Origin: the human T2T-CHM13v2.0 reference genome, Homo sapiens
Length of the DNA stretch: 64,000 bases
NCBI RefSeq assembly: GCF_009914755.1
Contig: NC_060934.1
Reading direction: 5' to 3' (one strand)
Below the pieces are notes generated by a model. The model had not been told where the DNA came from and made no database searches. It saw nothing but the letters and a program-made list of their open reading frames with translations. Position 1 is the stretch's first letter; each line of letters starts with the position of its first letter. Of the stretch, positions 26,802 through 40,864 are shown one piece after another. The position numbers and the translations under genes are program-made.

Positions 26802-29304
26802 TTTAGTGAGTCTTCCATACACACTATCGAATTCAATAAGATAGGGGCTTTGTCTCTTTTTTTCATTCTTGTATCTAGGTTCTCTTGTAGGTTGAAAGAG
26901 AACGTAGCAACTTCTGATGTTTTTAAGGTTCACCTTATATTTAACATGAAGAAATGCAAAAGTAGTAATAACTTGATATTTAAGGCACACACACATATAA
27001 ATGCAGTTATTATGATTATTATCCTGTTCATAATTAAACTACAAGGTTTATAAAGAAGAATAACTCATGATGGGCCACAAGCCGTGGGGTCCAGTAAAGG
27101 ACCTAAGCCAAATGAAACATTGTTTGGCCCATCAAATGGGCAGATAAGACTTTGGGCAAATGGCCCTGAGTGTTCTCTGTGAGTGCACCACGGCGAACAC
27201 TTAAATATCTCTGCCTAGAGAAGTGCAAGCCTTTCTACATACACATTGCCATTTATGCAGATCTGAAAATGCAGTTGATTGTTACATTTTAATAAGAAAT
27301 GACAAAAAGCTGTCAAATTAAAAATAAGCATGATTTGCAATTTTATTTGTAAATTAAGAACTGAAATATTTATGATTTTCAACTGAATGTGTTTCCAAGT
27401 TTCAGAATCATTAGTAAACCCAGGACATGTTGTCAGAGACATTGCTTCAGTTAGGTTCTGGACTTCATGAAATACAGCGATACAGTGGCAGTTTTGGATT
27501 AGCGTAGAATTTCCTGTTTTGGCAACTCAAGCTGCTTACTCCTCTCCCGATGCTATATCTTCTGTAATGAAAACATTTGCATTCACATGTAAATGGAAAG
27601 TATTATTTTTTCAGAGCTTCTTTGGACTACATCATGCAGTAGTTTAATGAATAACATGATTTCATATTTGGATGTTGTGATCATTGAAATTAGTGTAAGT
27701 GGTCTCTGTCCACATTAAAGGAGACATGTATTATTTGTCATATTTGGCTGTCTCTGGATTAGTTGGTGCCAGGAATAAAATAGCAGGAAGTTGTAAATAA
27801 TGACAGAAGTATGCCAGAAGATCAGTGGAAACTTACAGTCAGCTTGAACTTTTAGTTAGCACCACCACAATCTGCAATTTTAAAAATAATAACAAGGTCC
27901 TTCAGCTCCATTAATTAAACAAATAATGAAATAATTATTTACTACTGCAGAATAAGTGTTTAAAACATCTATGTTGGACTCTTCAGAAGTTCCCACGTGC
28001 TCTTCAAAGGTCAAGAAAACAGCTTTTATGTAAACTTTGAACTTGTAATAACTCTAAAACATTCAGGATGATATTTAATATCCTGAAAGAGCAAATTACT
28101 TAAGAGCAACCCTTAAAAGGTAAATCTGTAAATTTATCAGCTTAGCCAGAGCTGATTATAATTTTGTAATTTCTTTCCTTGCTAACACCATAAATTTCTC
28201 CTTCTCCACAAATCTCTTCTGTTTTCAAATGTATCCAAGGCTCCCTTTTCCTTTAAATAATGCACTTACATAATTCCATGCATCCACATAAATTCCATCT
28301 GACCCTGCTAATTCTGTTATGTAGATAAGCTTCCTTATCTCTTCCCATTGCTAAACATCTTAAACATGGAACTTATGTCTGCTGGCCGTACTTCCTGTCA
28401 CTCCATTCGTTGTTTAACTTTCAGGCTTCCATCCTCAGTTAGATACCGAAATGACTCAAAGATCATCAGAATCTTCTTGGAGGAAGTCTAATGGCCTTTG
28501 CCACAGGCCTTACCCTGCTGGCCCGTTTGCCACTTTTTACAGACTCCTTGGGCTTGGCCCTCCCTTGACTCCCGCAACACTGCACTAGGCTAGTTTGCTT
28601 TCCTCTTACAGTGCTCACATCCCTTTACTGTCATTTCTTTCTGTCCATAAATCTCTGAATTCGGTTCCTGCCAGGAAATATGTGAAGCTTACCCAGAATT
28701 AACTGACCCACAGGAATAAAATAATGATATTCTACGTAGGATAAGATCTGAAAATGATCTTCCTCTAAGAGCAACATGTGGAGAAGAGGTCAGCTCAATT
28801 CAAAGTCAAGTCTTCAAGACCTTGTAGAAAGGAAAATGAGCCAAAAGTCCTTTTGTGGCCTTTTCTTAAGCAAGGCCAATCTGGCCTCATGGTTTAGTAT
28901 GGTGATTTGATACATTTGGTTTTACTCAAGAGTTATATGGGACTCAACAGATATGAAAATGACTCATATGTAGCTATGATAAGCCAAATTATCTGGTTGA
29001 GCCATGGCTCCTATAAATTTAATGAAATCTTTACTATCCCTGAGCATCTTACCAAGTGTTCCTGTCCATCATTGGACAAACAATGTAACAAAGCAGATCA
29101 ACATAATTAAACAATATGCTTCTTAAATTACCTATGATAGCTACAGCTCCGCATTTGTGGTCACATTCGGTCAATAATACTCAAGGTCCTTTTCTAGTAC
29201 TTAAGACGCTTGTCAGCTAAAAGTCAAGTGGTCTTTCTTCCATGTCCATTTGTACATAGCATAACTCTATCCATGGAGTGCTTTTGTAATTTTTAAAACA
29301 GTTT

Positions 29305-30661
<1,357 letters not shown>

Positions 30662-31034
30662 GAAATGTTTTTAAAAATCTTAACATGACTAGTTTTGTTC
30701 CTAAAAAAAAAAAAAAAATAGTAACATTTAAAATTTCTAGTACCTCCACAGCAAACTCGTGTTCAGACATGGAGAGGAAGGTTTAGGGTCATATGCACAA
30801 CTAAATGTGATCATTTGTCAAACACTGATTTGATTGTTCCAAGTCAGAGTCAGTTAACTTTCTTAGATCTTTCTTCTTCTTCCTTGGTGAAGTTCACATG
30901 CCCAAGTCAAGAAACATTTTAGGTAAAGGGCAAACTACTTGAAAACTTCCATTAACAGCCAAACGTGTGATGACTAAATGAAAAGCAATAAAAAGCAGGG
31001 CCCTTCACCACCACTGTTGCCATCCCAGAAATGT

Positions 31035-31072
31035 CTAAGCAAGCATTTAAATGCTTTTCTCTTTCCTTCCAG
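31035..31072 (+). promoter_or_regulatory. ATRNL1: 3' splice site of the ATRNL1 terminal exon (putative branch point, polypyrimidine tract, CAG)
   Basis: ctaag / tttaa branch candidates followed by cttttctctttccttccag. Confidence 0.85.
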
Positions 31073-31194
31073 GCCTTGCAATTGCCAGTGCCCTAATAGA
31101 TATTTCACAACAGAAAGCTTCAGATAGTAAAGATAAGACTTCTGGAGTCCGGAATCGAAAACACCTTTCAACACGTCAAGGAACTTGTGTCTGA
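31073..31194 (+). CDS. ATRNL1: Attractin-like protein 1, last coding exon (end of cytoplasmic tail), phase-1 start
   Basis: Manual translation (G)LAIASALIDISQQKASDSKDKTSGVRNRKHLSTRQGTCV-TGA matches the recalled ATRNL1 C-terminus and parallels the attractin tail (GLAVASALVDISQQ...VRNRK...GTCI). Good acceptor; long UTR follows. Confidence 0.93.
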
Positions 31195-34189
31195 GAAATG
31201 GAAACCGCTCCTGTATATTCTGTACTGTTTTACTTCGGGCTTCTGTTAAAGCTGTTCTATGGCCTTGGATTTTATGGAGGCAGATCTCTGTATCATCCAG
31301 AGCCTGAGTACAGTTTCCTTCCAAATGGACAATGACCCAGGTGGCCAAAGAATGTTCATGAGTTTTATAAAAGTATTGATGGTCACAGGTGATAAAGTCA
31401 GTTTTTACCACTATCTTAGGCTTATTATAGCTAACATTAAATTACTCTGGAAAAAGATGTATATTGTTTCTTAATGAAGATGAAAAATATGTAATTCATA
31501 TAAATCAACTGTTTATATCCCAAGACTTTAAAGAAAGACATTTTTTAATGCCTGAATGATGAGAATTGTACAGTTTTTGCCTCATAAGCAAACTTGAATC
31601 ACCTGTGTATGAACAGGGAATGAACACATTGCAATGGCTTTAAATGCTCTTTTATCTCGTTGTAAAGGTAAGGCAAGATTTTGATGTAGTAGGATGTAGG
31701 TAATGTATTTAAATATTTCATATGACCATATCGTGTCCAAACTCAGTCTGAGAATGTGACAGCTTTCCGCCTAACTAGAATGCAGACCAGAATGAGTTCA
31801 ACTCATTCTGTGCAACTTCACAGGGGGTTTATTAGAATGCTCAGTGTAGAGGACATTCCTGTCATCCATGCCAACTACCTAACTCGTTATCAGAGCTGAT
31901 AGAGCATGGAAAAGTCTGTCCAGCGATCAGTTGTTCCCCTCCTTCCAAAAACAGCCTCCAATACCACAACCTGAAAAGAGCCGAAATGGTTATTTTACAG
32001 CATACAAGCTTCTGCTCCAGTATGATAATTTTTAATTGCCTAAGAATCATTGGATCAGACCTAAATGATCCATCTGCATTTTTATAAGAATGGATCTTTC
32101 TTTGCCCTTCCTCTCCTAGCTGCTAGATTTTAACTACCTTTTACAAATGTTACAAAATGTATTTTAGAGGCGACATCTCTCAAGATGACCTGAGTTCCTT
32201 CCTGCCAACTGTTCCACCTAGAATACAAGTAGAGAAGAGCACTGGCTGGCAAGCATCAACAGGAGTCTTCTTCCCAACACGAGCGCATCCATGTCCTGAG
32301 AAAAAGTCTGTGGTTTAGAAAATATGTCCATGGTTGCCCACAGTCAGCACACTCTTAGTGACTCAAAATTCTGAATTATGGCAGAAAGGAAAAATAAAAC
32401 ATACTTCACATTAGAACACAGAATCATTTACATCCTAATACTGACCACAGTTCACTAAAGCTCAGTAGCATTAACAGATATAGTTTGGAATTGCAGTTTC
32501 CTCACTTCAGGGTGACAAGATATGTATAACAGTGACAGAAATCTCCAAAGCTGCTGTATATGATATAGCTTTGTTAAATATGAAGGTCCTTTAAATACAA
32601 TTGATGTTTAGTACTATATATGTACTTTTCACATTCTTTGGATTTCTGGAAGGTTATGACACTTTACTGTTTACAGCTAATGCATAGTTACTTGCATGCC
32701 ATGGTTGTACAGTAGCAGACTATGACCCTATTGTGATATTAAGTGTTTATTTCATAATGCCATTTATACATAGCTGAATTTGATGAGGATTGAATGTCAT
32801 ATATAAGAGGAATGATCATACAATATGTAGTTGCATCTTATGTAAGATTTCTAGGTTGCATCTAACCATGACTATGTCATTATTTTGATAATTAGGCATT
32901 TATGAATTATAGTATATATTCCTCATGTTGGCATGATAATTTTGCTATTTTCCATGCATTAAAAATAAGACAAATTCTTAGAGTAATTTTAGTAATTTTA
33001 TCTATAATCTGTGGGGTTTTTTTGGAGGGGGAGGCCACTGGTTGTTTCTACTTCCCTGTGATATTTTCTCTCTCATTAAAGGAATGAGCTAAGTTTGTAA
33101 ATATCTCCTAAAAACAATCAAGTAATTTTATTAGCTTCTTTTGGACCCTCTAAATATTGACTTCTCTCATGAAAAAATAAATTGATGAAACTAATGATTA
33201 CAAAGATATAATCATTTTTTAAAAAGTGATTGCCCAATGTATTTCTCTAACAATTGTCACAAGAGAAAGCATAACAATAAAAATACAAAAACATACAGAT
33301 TTAGATGTAAAATCTATATAAGCTATATTTTTAGGGAGGCTAAGCAGATAGTATTACTGTGGAAGAATTATCAAGTTTTATTCACCTCAAATCCCACTGG
33401 GTTCTTAAAACTTGAAAATTCAAATTGTAGAGAATTATGAGACACAATGTGATGTTTAGTTAAAGTCATGCTATACCTTTCTGGGCCACATATTGCTAAC
33501 TCTGTGGCTAATTATGCAATTAATTCTCAACGTATCAAAGCTTTTCACTGGCAGTAAATTCTTTGCCCTCAGGTGAAGTGGATTGAAAAGACATCAAGGA
33601 TCAAGGATAATCACTTTGAATCTGTTGGTTTTTCCCCCTACATTCCAGACACTTTAAATTTGGATGCTTTCATTTTTTTTAAATCAAACCACACAAATAT
33701 GCAGATACTTTCCCAGAATTTCGCAGTTAAATGGCTGATCCTCTTGAAAACTAACCTTAATGGAATTCTAAACATTTCAGTTTAGAATGACTTTGAAAAA
33801 TTCCTTAGATTTTTAGGATGTTTTATTCTGCCAAGTATGAAAAAAAAATGGTTAAATACAATGGAGTTTTAAAAATTAACCTGGGGATTCTATTTGAACT
33901 AGAAAATTCCTATTGGAAAAGAATTTGCACATACTTACAGATTCAGCTAATAAATTTTAAGAGGATTAGGATTCTCATAATTCTTTAAATGAAAATTTGT
34001 TTTAGTGATACACAGAGATGCCGTATACTATAGTGTTATGTTCAGTAGGAAAACTTCAAATAGTTCGTATTTAAAAAGGTAATTGATCCTTGCTGTACTT
34101 CCCAACATCTCATCTTCTTTTAGCTGCAGTAAGATAGAGGTGACTGTATGGCTACAGTTCATGGTATAAGGTCATTTAGGGTGCACACT

Positions 34190-34385
34190 GGCACACAGGC
34201 TGGAAAACGGGCACTGGACCCAGCTTTCAGGTGTGTGGTGCTGGGTAAGTTTCACCTTTGAAGCCTCAGCCCTCCATCTGTAAAGGGCGGTAATGGTGCC
34301 CACCTTTCGAGGCATTGCGAGGCTAGATGGTAACACACAGAAAGCTCCCACAGTGGGACCTTGATGCAGCGTAGCTGGTATTAAC
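34190..34385 (+). mobile_element. MIR within 3'UTR
   Basis: gtgtgtggtgctgggtaagtttcacctttgaagcctcagccctccatctgtaaagggcggtaat. Confidence 0.65.
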
Positions 34386-34879
34386 AACCGTGGGGACACC
34401 AGGCCACTCTTTTTCTACCAGTTGTTTTATGAATCCACCTATTAATTTTCATCCATCTTTTGGTCGTAGGTAAAGGTCAATCAGGTTTTTCAAAAAGACT
34501 CCCTGAATAACTTAAGTTCCTGTATTTCTAAGATATAGGGATTTCTACAAAACGACTTTGACATTTAGTCAATAAAGACTTAAACTCTTCTTAAATCTAT
34601 AGTTTTAGGAGAGTTTTTCTTAAAATTACTGACTGATGACATTGAGACAAGAGCATCAATGATCACCTTTCACGTACAAACTAGGCAAGACAGGGTCAGT
34701 GCTTACATTTTGTGGTTATACATGATACATCTTTTCTCAGTGAACATAAAACTATGATTTGAAAGGTGTCTTATATTTAAAAAAGATTGTAAAATGAAAA
34801 CTGACCAAATGAACTAATTCTACCCACCTATGGTCTTTTTAAATGTCGAGTTTCAAAACCCATTTGCCGTATACTAGAG

Positions 34880-35045
34880 TGAGCTTGGAAACTTACCTGA
34901 TTACAGGAATTGCTTGGGTTCAGGCAGATTCCCACTTTCACCTCTAGAGATTTAGATTCAGAAACACTGGGGTAGGCCCTGGAGAGCAGTACTCTTAACA
35001 AGCTCCTCAGTGCTTCTTACCATTAGGCAAATTAGGGAAACACTG
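34880..35045. mobile_element. MER5-like hAT-Charlie MITE within 3'UTR
   Basis: gcagattccc...agagatttagattcag...ggggtaggccctgg...ttaacaagctcctcagtg...gggaaacactg. Confidence 0.55.
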
Positions 35046-35375
35046 CATTGGGTCAAAGTGCTGCCTTTAATCGACCATTAGAGGGAGTTCTCTAAATAAC
35101 AAAGTTATTACTCTAATTCAAAATGCTTTAAAGAATTTTCCAAGGAATACAAGCCATCTGGTTGGTGTTAGTTATAGCAGTGATTTCATTAGAGTGTACA
35201 TTTAACATTTTAGTTTTATCAAAATTTTTTGAAATTAAGAATTAGAACCAGAGCTCCTATCAGTATATATGTACACAGGTGTGCATGCCAGTGTTCAAAA
35301 CAGATTGTGTAAAAGTTCAAGCCCGTTTTAGAAAGCCAACATTTTATGTTATAATATGCTGTTAATCAGGACTTT

Positions 35376-35449
35376 ATTAAATAAAAACATTGGCTCTTCC
35401 AACCCCCACTGCCAAATGCAGTTTTGTTTTGTTTTTGTTTGTGTTTTAT
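35376..35449 (+). terminator. ATRNL1: Distal cleavage/polyadenylation signal of ATRNL1
   Basis: Overlapping ATTAAA (35376-35381) and AATAAA (35380-35385), upstream TGTA motifs, CA near 35400, GU/U-rich element 35421-35449. Confidence 0.85.
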
Positions 35450-36836
35450 CCTTTCGTGGTCACACAGGAAAAAGCACTCTGAGAACTTGAAAAAGCCCCT
35501 CTCCATCGAAGAGGTGATTATATAGTTTGTTATTGAATTTTGACATTCAAAATACATTTCCCCCTCTTTTTCTCTTCACCAGATTTGCATTGACCTTTCC
35601 TGTACGTTCTCTGTGAGGGGCTTGCTGAGCACTTGGAATGTTCCTGAGAATTAAAGGCAAAACTCACAAGGCCCAGCAGCTAAGAATCTAGCTATAATGA
35701 GGGTCTACACCACAGGACATGTGTTATAGAAATTGCTCTTACTTAGAATAAAAGTCAGCTATCTGAGACCAGGACAGCTCTGGCATAGCTGACTCTTCTG
35801 GGAAAAGCCTGCAGGTTCTCTGGTAAGCTCTGGGCTTGGTCCTTATGTGGCCATCTGGGGCCCAGCCTTCTTTCAGTGGCACTGCTCTGCTAGGCCTCTG
35901 TAAGGTCTCACCGAGAAGAAAACCAAGGAGGATCTAAACTTCTCTCTTCTCTCCAACCCCCTCCCCCCACACCACCTGGGCCCAGCACCTGGGATACCTT
36001 CTGGGCTCAGGGCCTCAAGCAGGCTCTTCCAGGACCCTGACCTGAGGCCTAACCCTGAGGCCGGCCCTGCCTGTGCTCCAGAGGTTGGAATGGTGGTCTC
36101 CTCCCCGTCGCACCTCCAAGAGGCCAGGCCAGGAAGGGGCTGGGAAGAAGAGGACCACCGAACCTTGAGAAACATGCCCAGCCTGGCTGCCGCCTCCCAG
36201 GAACATCAGAGAAGAAAGAGAAGCTTTTCGAGGGTCCTGGATGAAGATGCGCCCAAAGTAGGTAGAGGGCTGTTGGGTGGACTCTCGCCACAGACAGCAG
36301 CAGCTGCTCTGTGAATATCTAAGCCTTGCACACTCTCCTTTTCAGCTTTTTGATGGTGGATCAGTGGCTGTAAGGAGATTTGGAAAGTTTAGCTTAAAAC
36401 TGACTTTTCTCTGGCCTAAAAGGATTTGCTCAGAGAAATCACCTGTGAGTGGCGGATGTGCGTGATAGGCGTTCTTTCAGCTCCAACCTATAACCCTTTT
36501 GGTAAACACACAATTCCTGCTCCAGATTCTTACATGCTTCCTCGCTTGTTTAGAATCAGGGTACCTGGCATGGCCATGGCAGCCAAGAGATTATCAAGCT
36601 TTACCTTCTCCAGCCCTACTATGAAAATAGCTACTATTGTTTTGTTTTCCAAATATGAAACAACAGTATAATTTTAAATGAGCTTCTGTAAACTACACCC
36701 CCCACCCCCACCCCCATTCTAACCTTCTCCCACTTCAGGGATTGGGTGCAGAGTAGTTTTAATTGAACAAGAAACCAAACCCCTGAAAGACCATTGCAGA
36801 AACACTATATTCTCACCGTCAAAAGCTTTAACCCGT

Positions 36837-36946
36837 GTTATTTTTGGCAGAAGTGGTATTTTCTGGTTACTTTTGGCAGAAGTGGTATTTTCTGGTTATT
36901 TTTGGCAGAAGTGGCATTTTCTGGTTATTTTTGGCAGAAGTAGTAT
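36837..36946. repeat. 29-bp minisatellite, ~3.8 copies
   Basis: Unit GTTATTTTTGGCAGAAGTGGTATTTTCTG at 36837, 36866, 36895 and 36924 (partial), with single substitutions. Confidence 0.95.
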
Positions 36947-39900
36947 CTGGCCTGAGTGGTATTCACTCAGGGAAGATAGTTGTTTAAACATGAGTTTCTT
37001 TAGCCTGGCTGTGTGCACAGTCAGGAAATCTCACTCTAGAAAATCTGCCTAGGAAAATAGCATTACCGAGCAAATTCTTTTATAATTCTTTGTGTTTCTA
37101 TAGCCTCTATTGCCCAAAGATATTTTAAATTTTGTTCTTTCCAGTGACATACAAGTTTTCTTAGAACAGGTCCTGTGTGAAGAAATACTCGAATTTTAAC
37201 TCAAATGCCGAGTTGTTTTTTTTTTTCTTTTTTTTAATGCCATGGGCCGGTTATCTAAATTTCTGAGTAAGCGGGGATAAAAATGCTAACTCATGTAGGT
37301 TTTGTGATGAGTTTTTGTTGTTGTTGAAATAAGTAGATCATAGTTAAATGTTCTCTCCTTTTACTATGAAAAGGTCCAGGTTTAAATTCAGTGAATCATG
37401 AGCGTTGATTTTTTCCTTGATTTTTTATTGTTGTTGGGGTAATACTAAAGTGCTTCTATGTGCCACAGTTCCCAAATAATTAAACTGCAATCGGAACCAA
37501 TGCTATGTGTTGCCTGGTGATTTAGAGTTGTGCTTTTCAAGATTTTTTACAATATCTATTACATATTTTTAAAATTACCTTCCTCAACTTTAAGTGACAG
37601 TTTTATAGCAAATACTAACAAATTGTGTTAGATGTTCTTTCTCATCTTCACCCACCTCTCCTAACCCTTCGCTGACTAGTCAGCTCATTCCCTCAGTGGC
37701 AGACTAGTTCTCTCATACCTCTACCAATATTTAAAATATAAATAAATAACATAAAATAGGTCTTGCACATCTTCATTCCCTTGTTACAATGCACGTTGGC
37801 AGCAGTAAATCTTTTCCTTTAGATCAGCTTGTTTGAAATACGATGGCACTTAAAAGGGAAGGCCAGCTGGAAGGACACCAATAAAAACAGCAGCTCAGCT
37901 TAAAGCAATTTGATTTCAACCTGAAATGAATTACCTTGCAACACAAATAGATAATGGCAAACAGGATATGCTACTTATCAAGACTATTCCCTTCTGAGAG
38001 TCAGATCTCCAAGTTCCTTTGAAACTTTTTTCCATGGGAGGATAGAAGAATATGGCCTCCCCAAACATTTAGGGGCAGGTGAACTAATTAGAAGAGGGAA
38101 AAACTCTGAGAATCCAGTGTTCACTCCTTGTTGATTTCTGAAGTGACAACTCCAATATGACCTTCCAAAGCCAAAAACAAAACAAAAAATGCTACCAGTG
38201 TGGGCTGTTAACTAAAGCAGTGTTTCTAGAAGGGAGAACTACAGAATAGCATCATTTTGTTTCTCAGGAGGCTGTGTCTATGATGAGCTTTACAAACTAG
38301 AAATCTGTAACGACGTAGAAGGATGCCTTGGTTGTGTTTTTATACATAATGTGCAATGTTTAAATTACATGATTTTATGAACAATGTCTGGAAGACAGTT
38401 ATGTGATGGCCTTTTTTTTTTCTTTTAGTAATTCTTGTAAGTGATAATATATCTGAACTATTTTCATTTTGCACATTACTGGATTGATCATTATTGTGGA
38501 TATCCCAAAAAGCATATACCTTTAATATAGATCTTATATGGCAGTATTGTTTGGGAAGTTTTGCACTTTATTTTATCTGAATTGGTCTGTAAACTGTATG
38601 GTGAACCAAAATATCCAAAAAATAGAGATAGTTGAATCAATTCTGTCAATTTTTTCAAAGACTGCTGAGGAAGCATGCATGATCTAGTGGTTAAAACGGA
38701 GGCCTGGGAAAACTAGAATAAAACCAAAATTCTACCCTCAGCAGAATAACTATACTTTACTACGCTTTATTTATCCCATGTAGAAAAATGAGAACATTGC
38801 TTTCTGCCAGGGTGCTTGGGAGGAATGTGCTTCTAGAATCTTTAGAACCTCACACTCAGTGCCATGCCCCTCTTCTCAGAGGGCTTTCCATATGGCGCTG
38901 CGTACAAGCATTTGGCAACATTCTTTACATTGTCATAATATCTATAACAATTTGATTTTCCATTGACATTCCCATGGGGTCTTATGAAAGGTTTACCAGA
39001 TTTTAAAGGTGGGGGGATGCATCATTTATCGCTGACCTACCTAAGCTGTCATAATCATTGTATTGGTATATAAAGGAAGGAAGAACTATGGTGCCCTATC
39101 ATAATTTGAATTTCCATCTGTAGCTGGATTTTGTACAGTTTAACACTTTGGAGCTTTCCATTCCACTGTGAAATGATAAAGTTTACACATCTGTACCTAA
39201 GAATCTGAAATCTTATCAGGTAATTGCATAAATGAAGTGTTTTACACAAAGCATTAAAATTTGTATCAGAAAGAGCAGCTCACATTCTTTCTCAATCAAT
39301 ATTGGCATATGTAAAACCCTTTTAAAGCTCTCGTCAAAATAAAAGACTAAAACGTTTTCCTCTCTTCCGGTTAGTCATTACCTAGATATTTTTCTTTTAG
39401 ATAAACAATCTACAGTGTGTTTACTGAAGCTTGCATTGATATTCCCCAATAGTGTTTGCTACTTGAGTTTTATTCCAGCAGCTACACGAAATGAGTTCAC
39501 GGTGCAGAGCAGGCAGGGCCCTCTGGAACCTGAGATTATTTGTTCTCTCACTGTTCTAAAAGTAATTAAGGAGCATTGCATGTTTCTCAATTAATGATTT
39601 CTCATTCAACAGGGGATCTTTGATGCTAATTTGTTTTAATCAGGGCAGAGGCTGCTCAAAAACTCTAAACAATTCAGTGAAGAGGAACTAGGAATTTTTA
39701 ATCAAGTGGAAGAGATTTAAATGCTATGAGGGACGCATCCATCATGCACCTTCAATTCCTGTTCATTTAACTGTGTTGAGTTTTCGAAACCAATGCGAGA
39801 ATTCATAAATAGAGTATATTGTATTCCATAGTACACTTTTTCCTTACATATTTGTGTGTAAATATAATGGACTTCAATTTCTCCCATTTTTAAAGCCTGC

Positions 39901-40485
39901 TTACATTCAACCTTTACTTCTCTCTGTATATAGAATATATTTATACGTACATCTTAATACCCTTAATTATTATATACACTAGGAAAAGTAGGAAACGTGT
40001 ATGTAAGAGTATACTCATATATATGTAGCAAAAGAATGCTGGAGGATACATTACAAATAAGCATTAAATTTAAAACATTCTCTTTATCCCTTGGACAATT
40101 GTCACTAAGTGGCTGTTCATACTTTGAGCAGCTAAAATCAAACCGCACAATGTTCACAGAAACATTCACAAGCTCTGCAGCCGTCGTGCCTTGAAGAGGC
40201 ATTGCAGCCTGATTAGATCCTCGTTTGTGTGAAAAATGACTTCACCGGGTGACTTTGCCCTTACGAAAGTAAATACTCAAAGTGGTGAAATTAGAATAAC
40301 TGCTTTTCTCTTCTAATGATCAGCTTTTGTCTCACTCTGATGTTTTCAAATCATAACTACTTTACAGAATGTCAATCGTGTGAAAATGATGTTTGTTTTT
40401 TTACCTTCCTCTAACTGAATGTAGAAAAATCTCAACAAATATTTGGGAGGCCTAACTAGTTACAAACTTTGGGTCGCTGTATTGA

Positions 40486-40845
<360 letters not shown>

Positions 40846-40864
40846 TGTTTTTCTGTTTTTTAAC

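Larger units (their letters stand above)
31195..35401 (+). other. ATRNL1: ATRNL1 3'UTR (~4.2 kb)
   Basis: AU-rich, nearly free of young repeats, running from the stop codon to a strong poly(A) signal; exact cleavage site inferred. Confidence 0.8.

Noticed and set aside
26776-26811. Recursive splice site after the (CT)n tract
   Set aside because: Reads ttttAGTGAGT, lacking the AG|GT junction required. The AG|GTGAGT near 2193 lacks a pyrimidine tract.
30974-31411. 145-aa minus-strand ORF overlapping the ATRNL1 last exon
   Set aside because: Antisense shadow with a non-ATG start and no recognisable domain, promoter or poly(A) support.
36837-36946. 29-bp repeats as a CRISPR array
   Set aside because: Units are head-to-tail with no unique spacers and no cas genes; this is a minisatellite.
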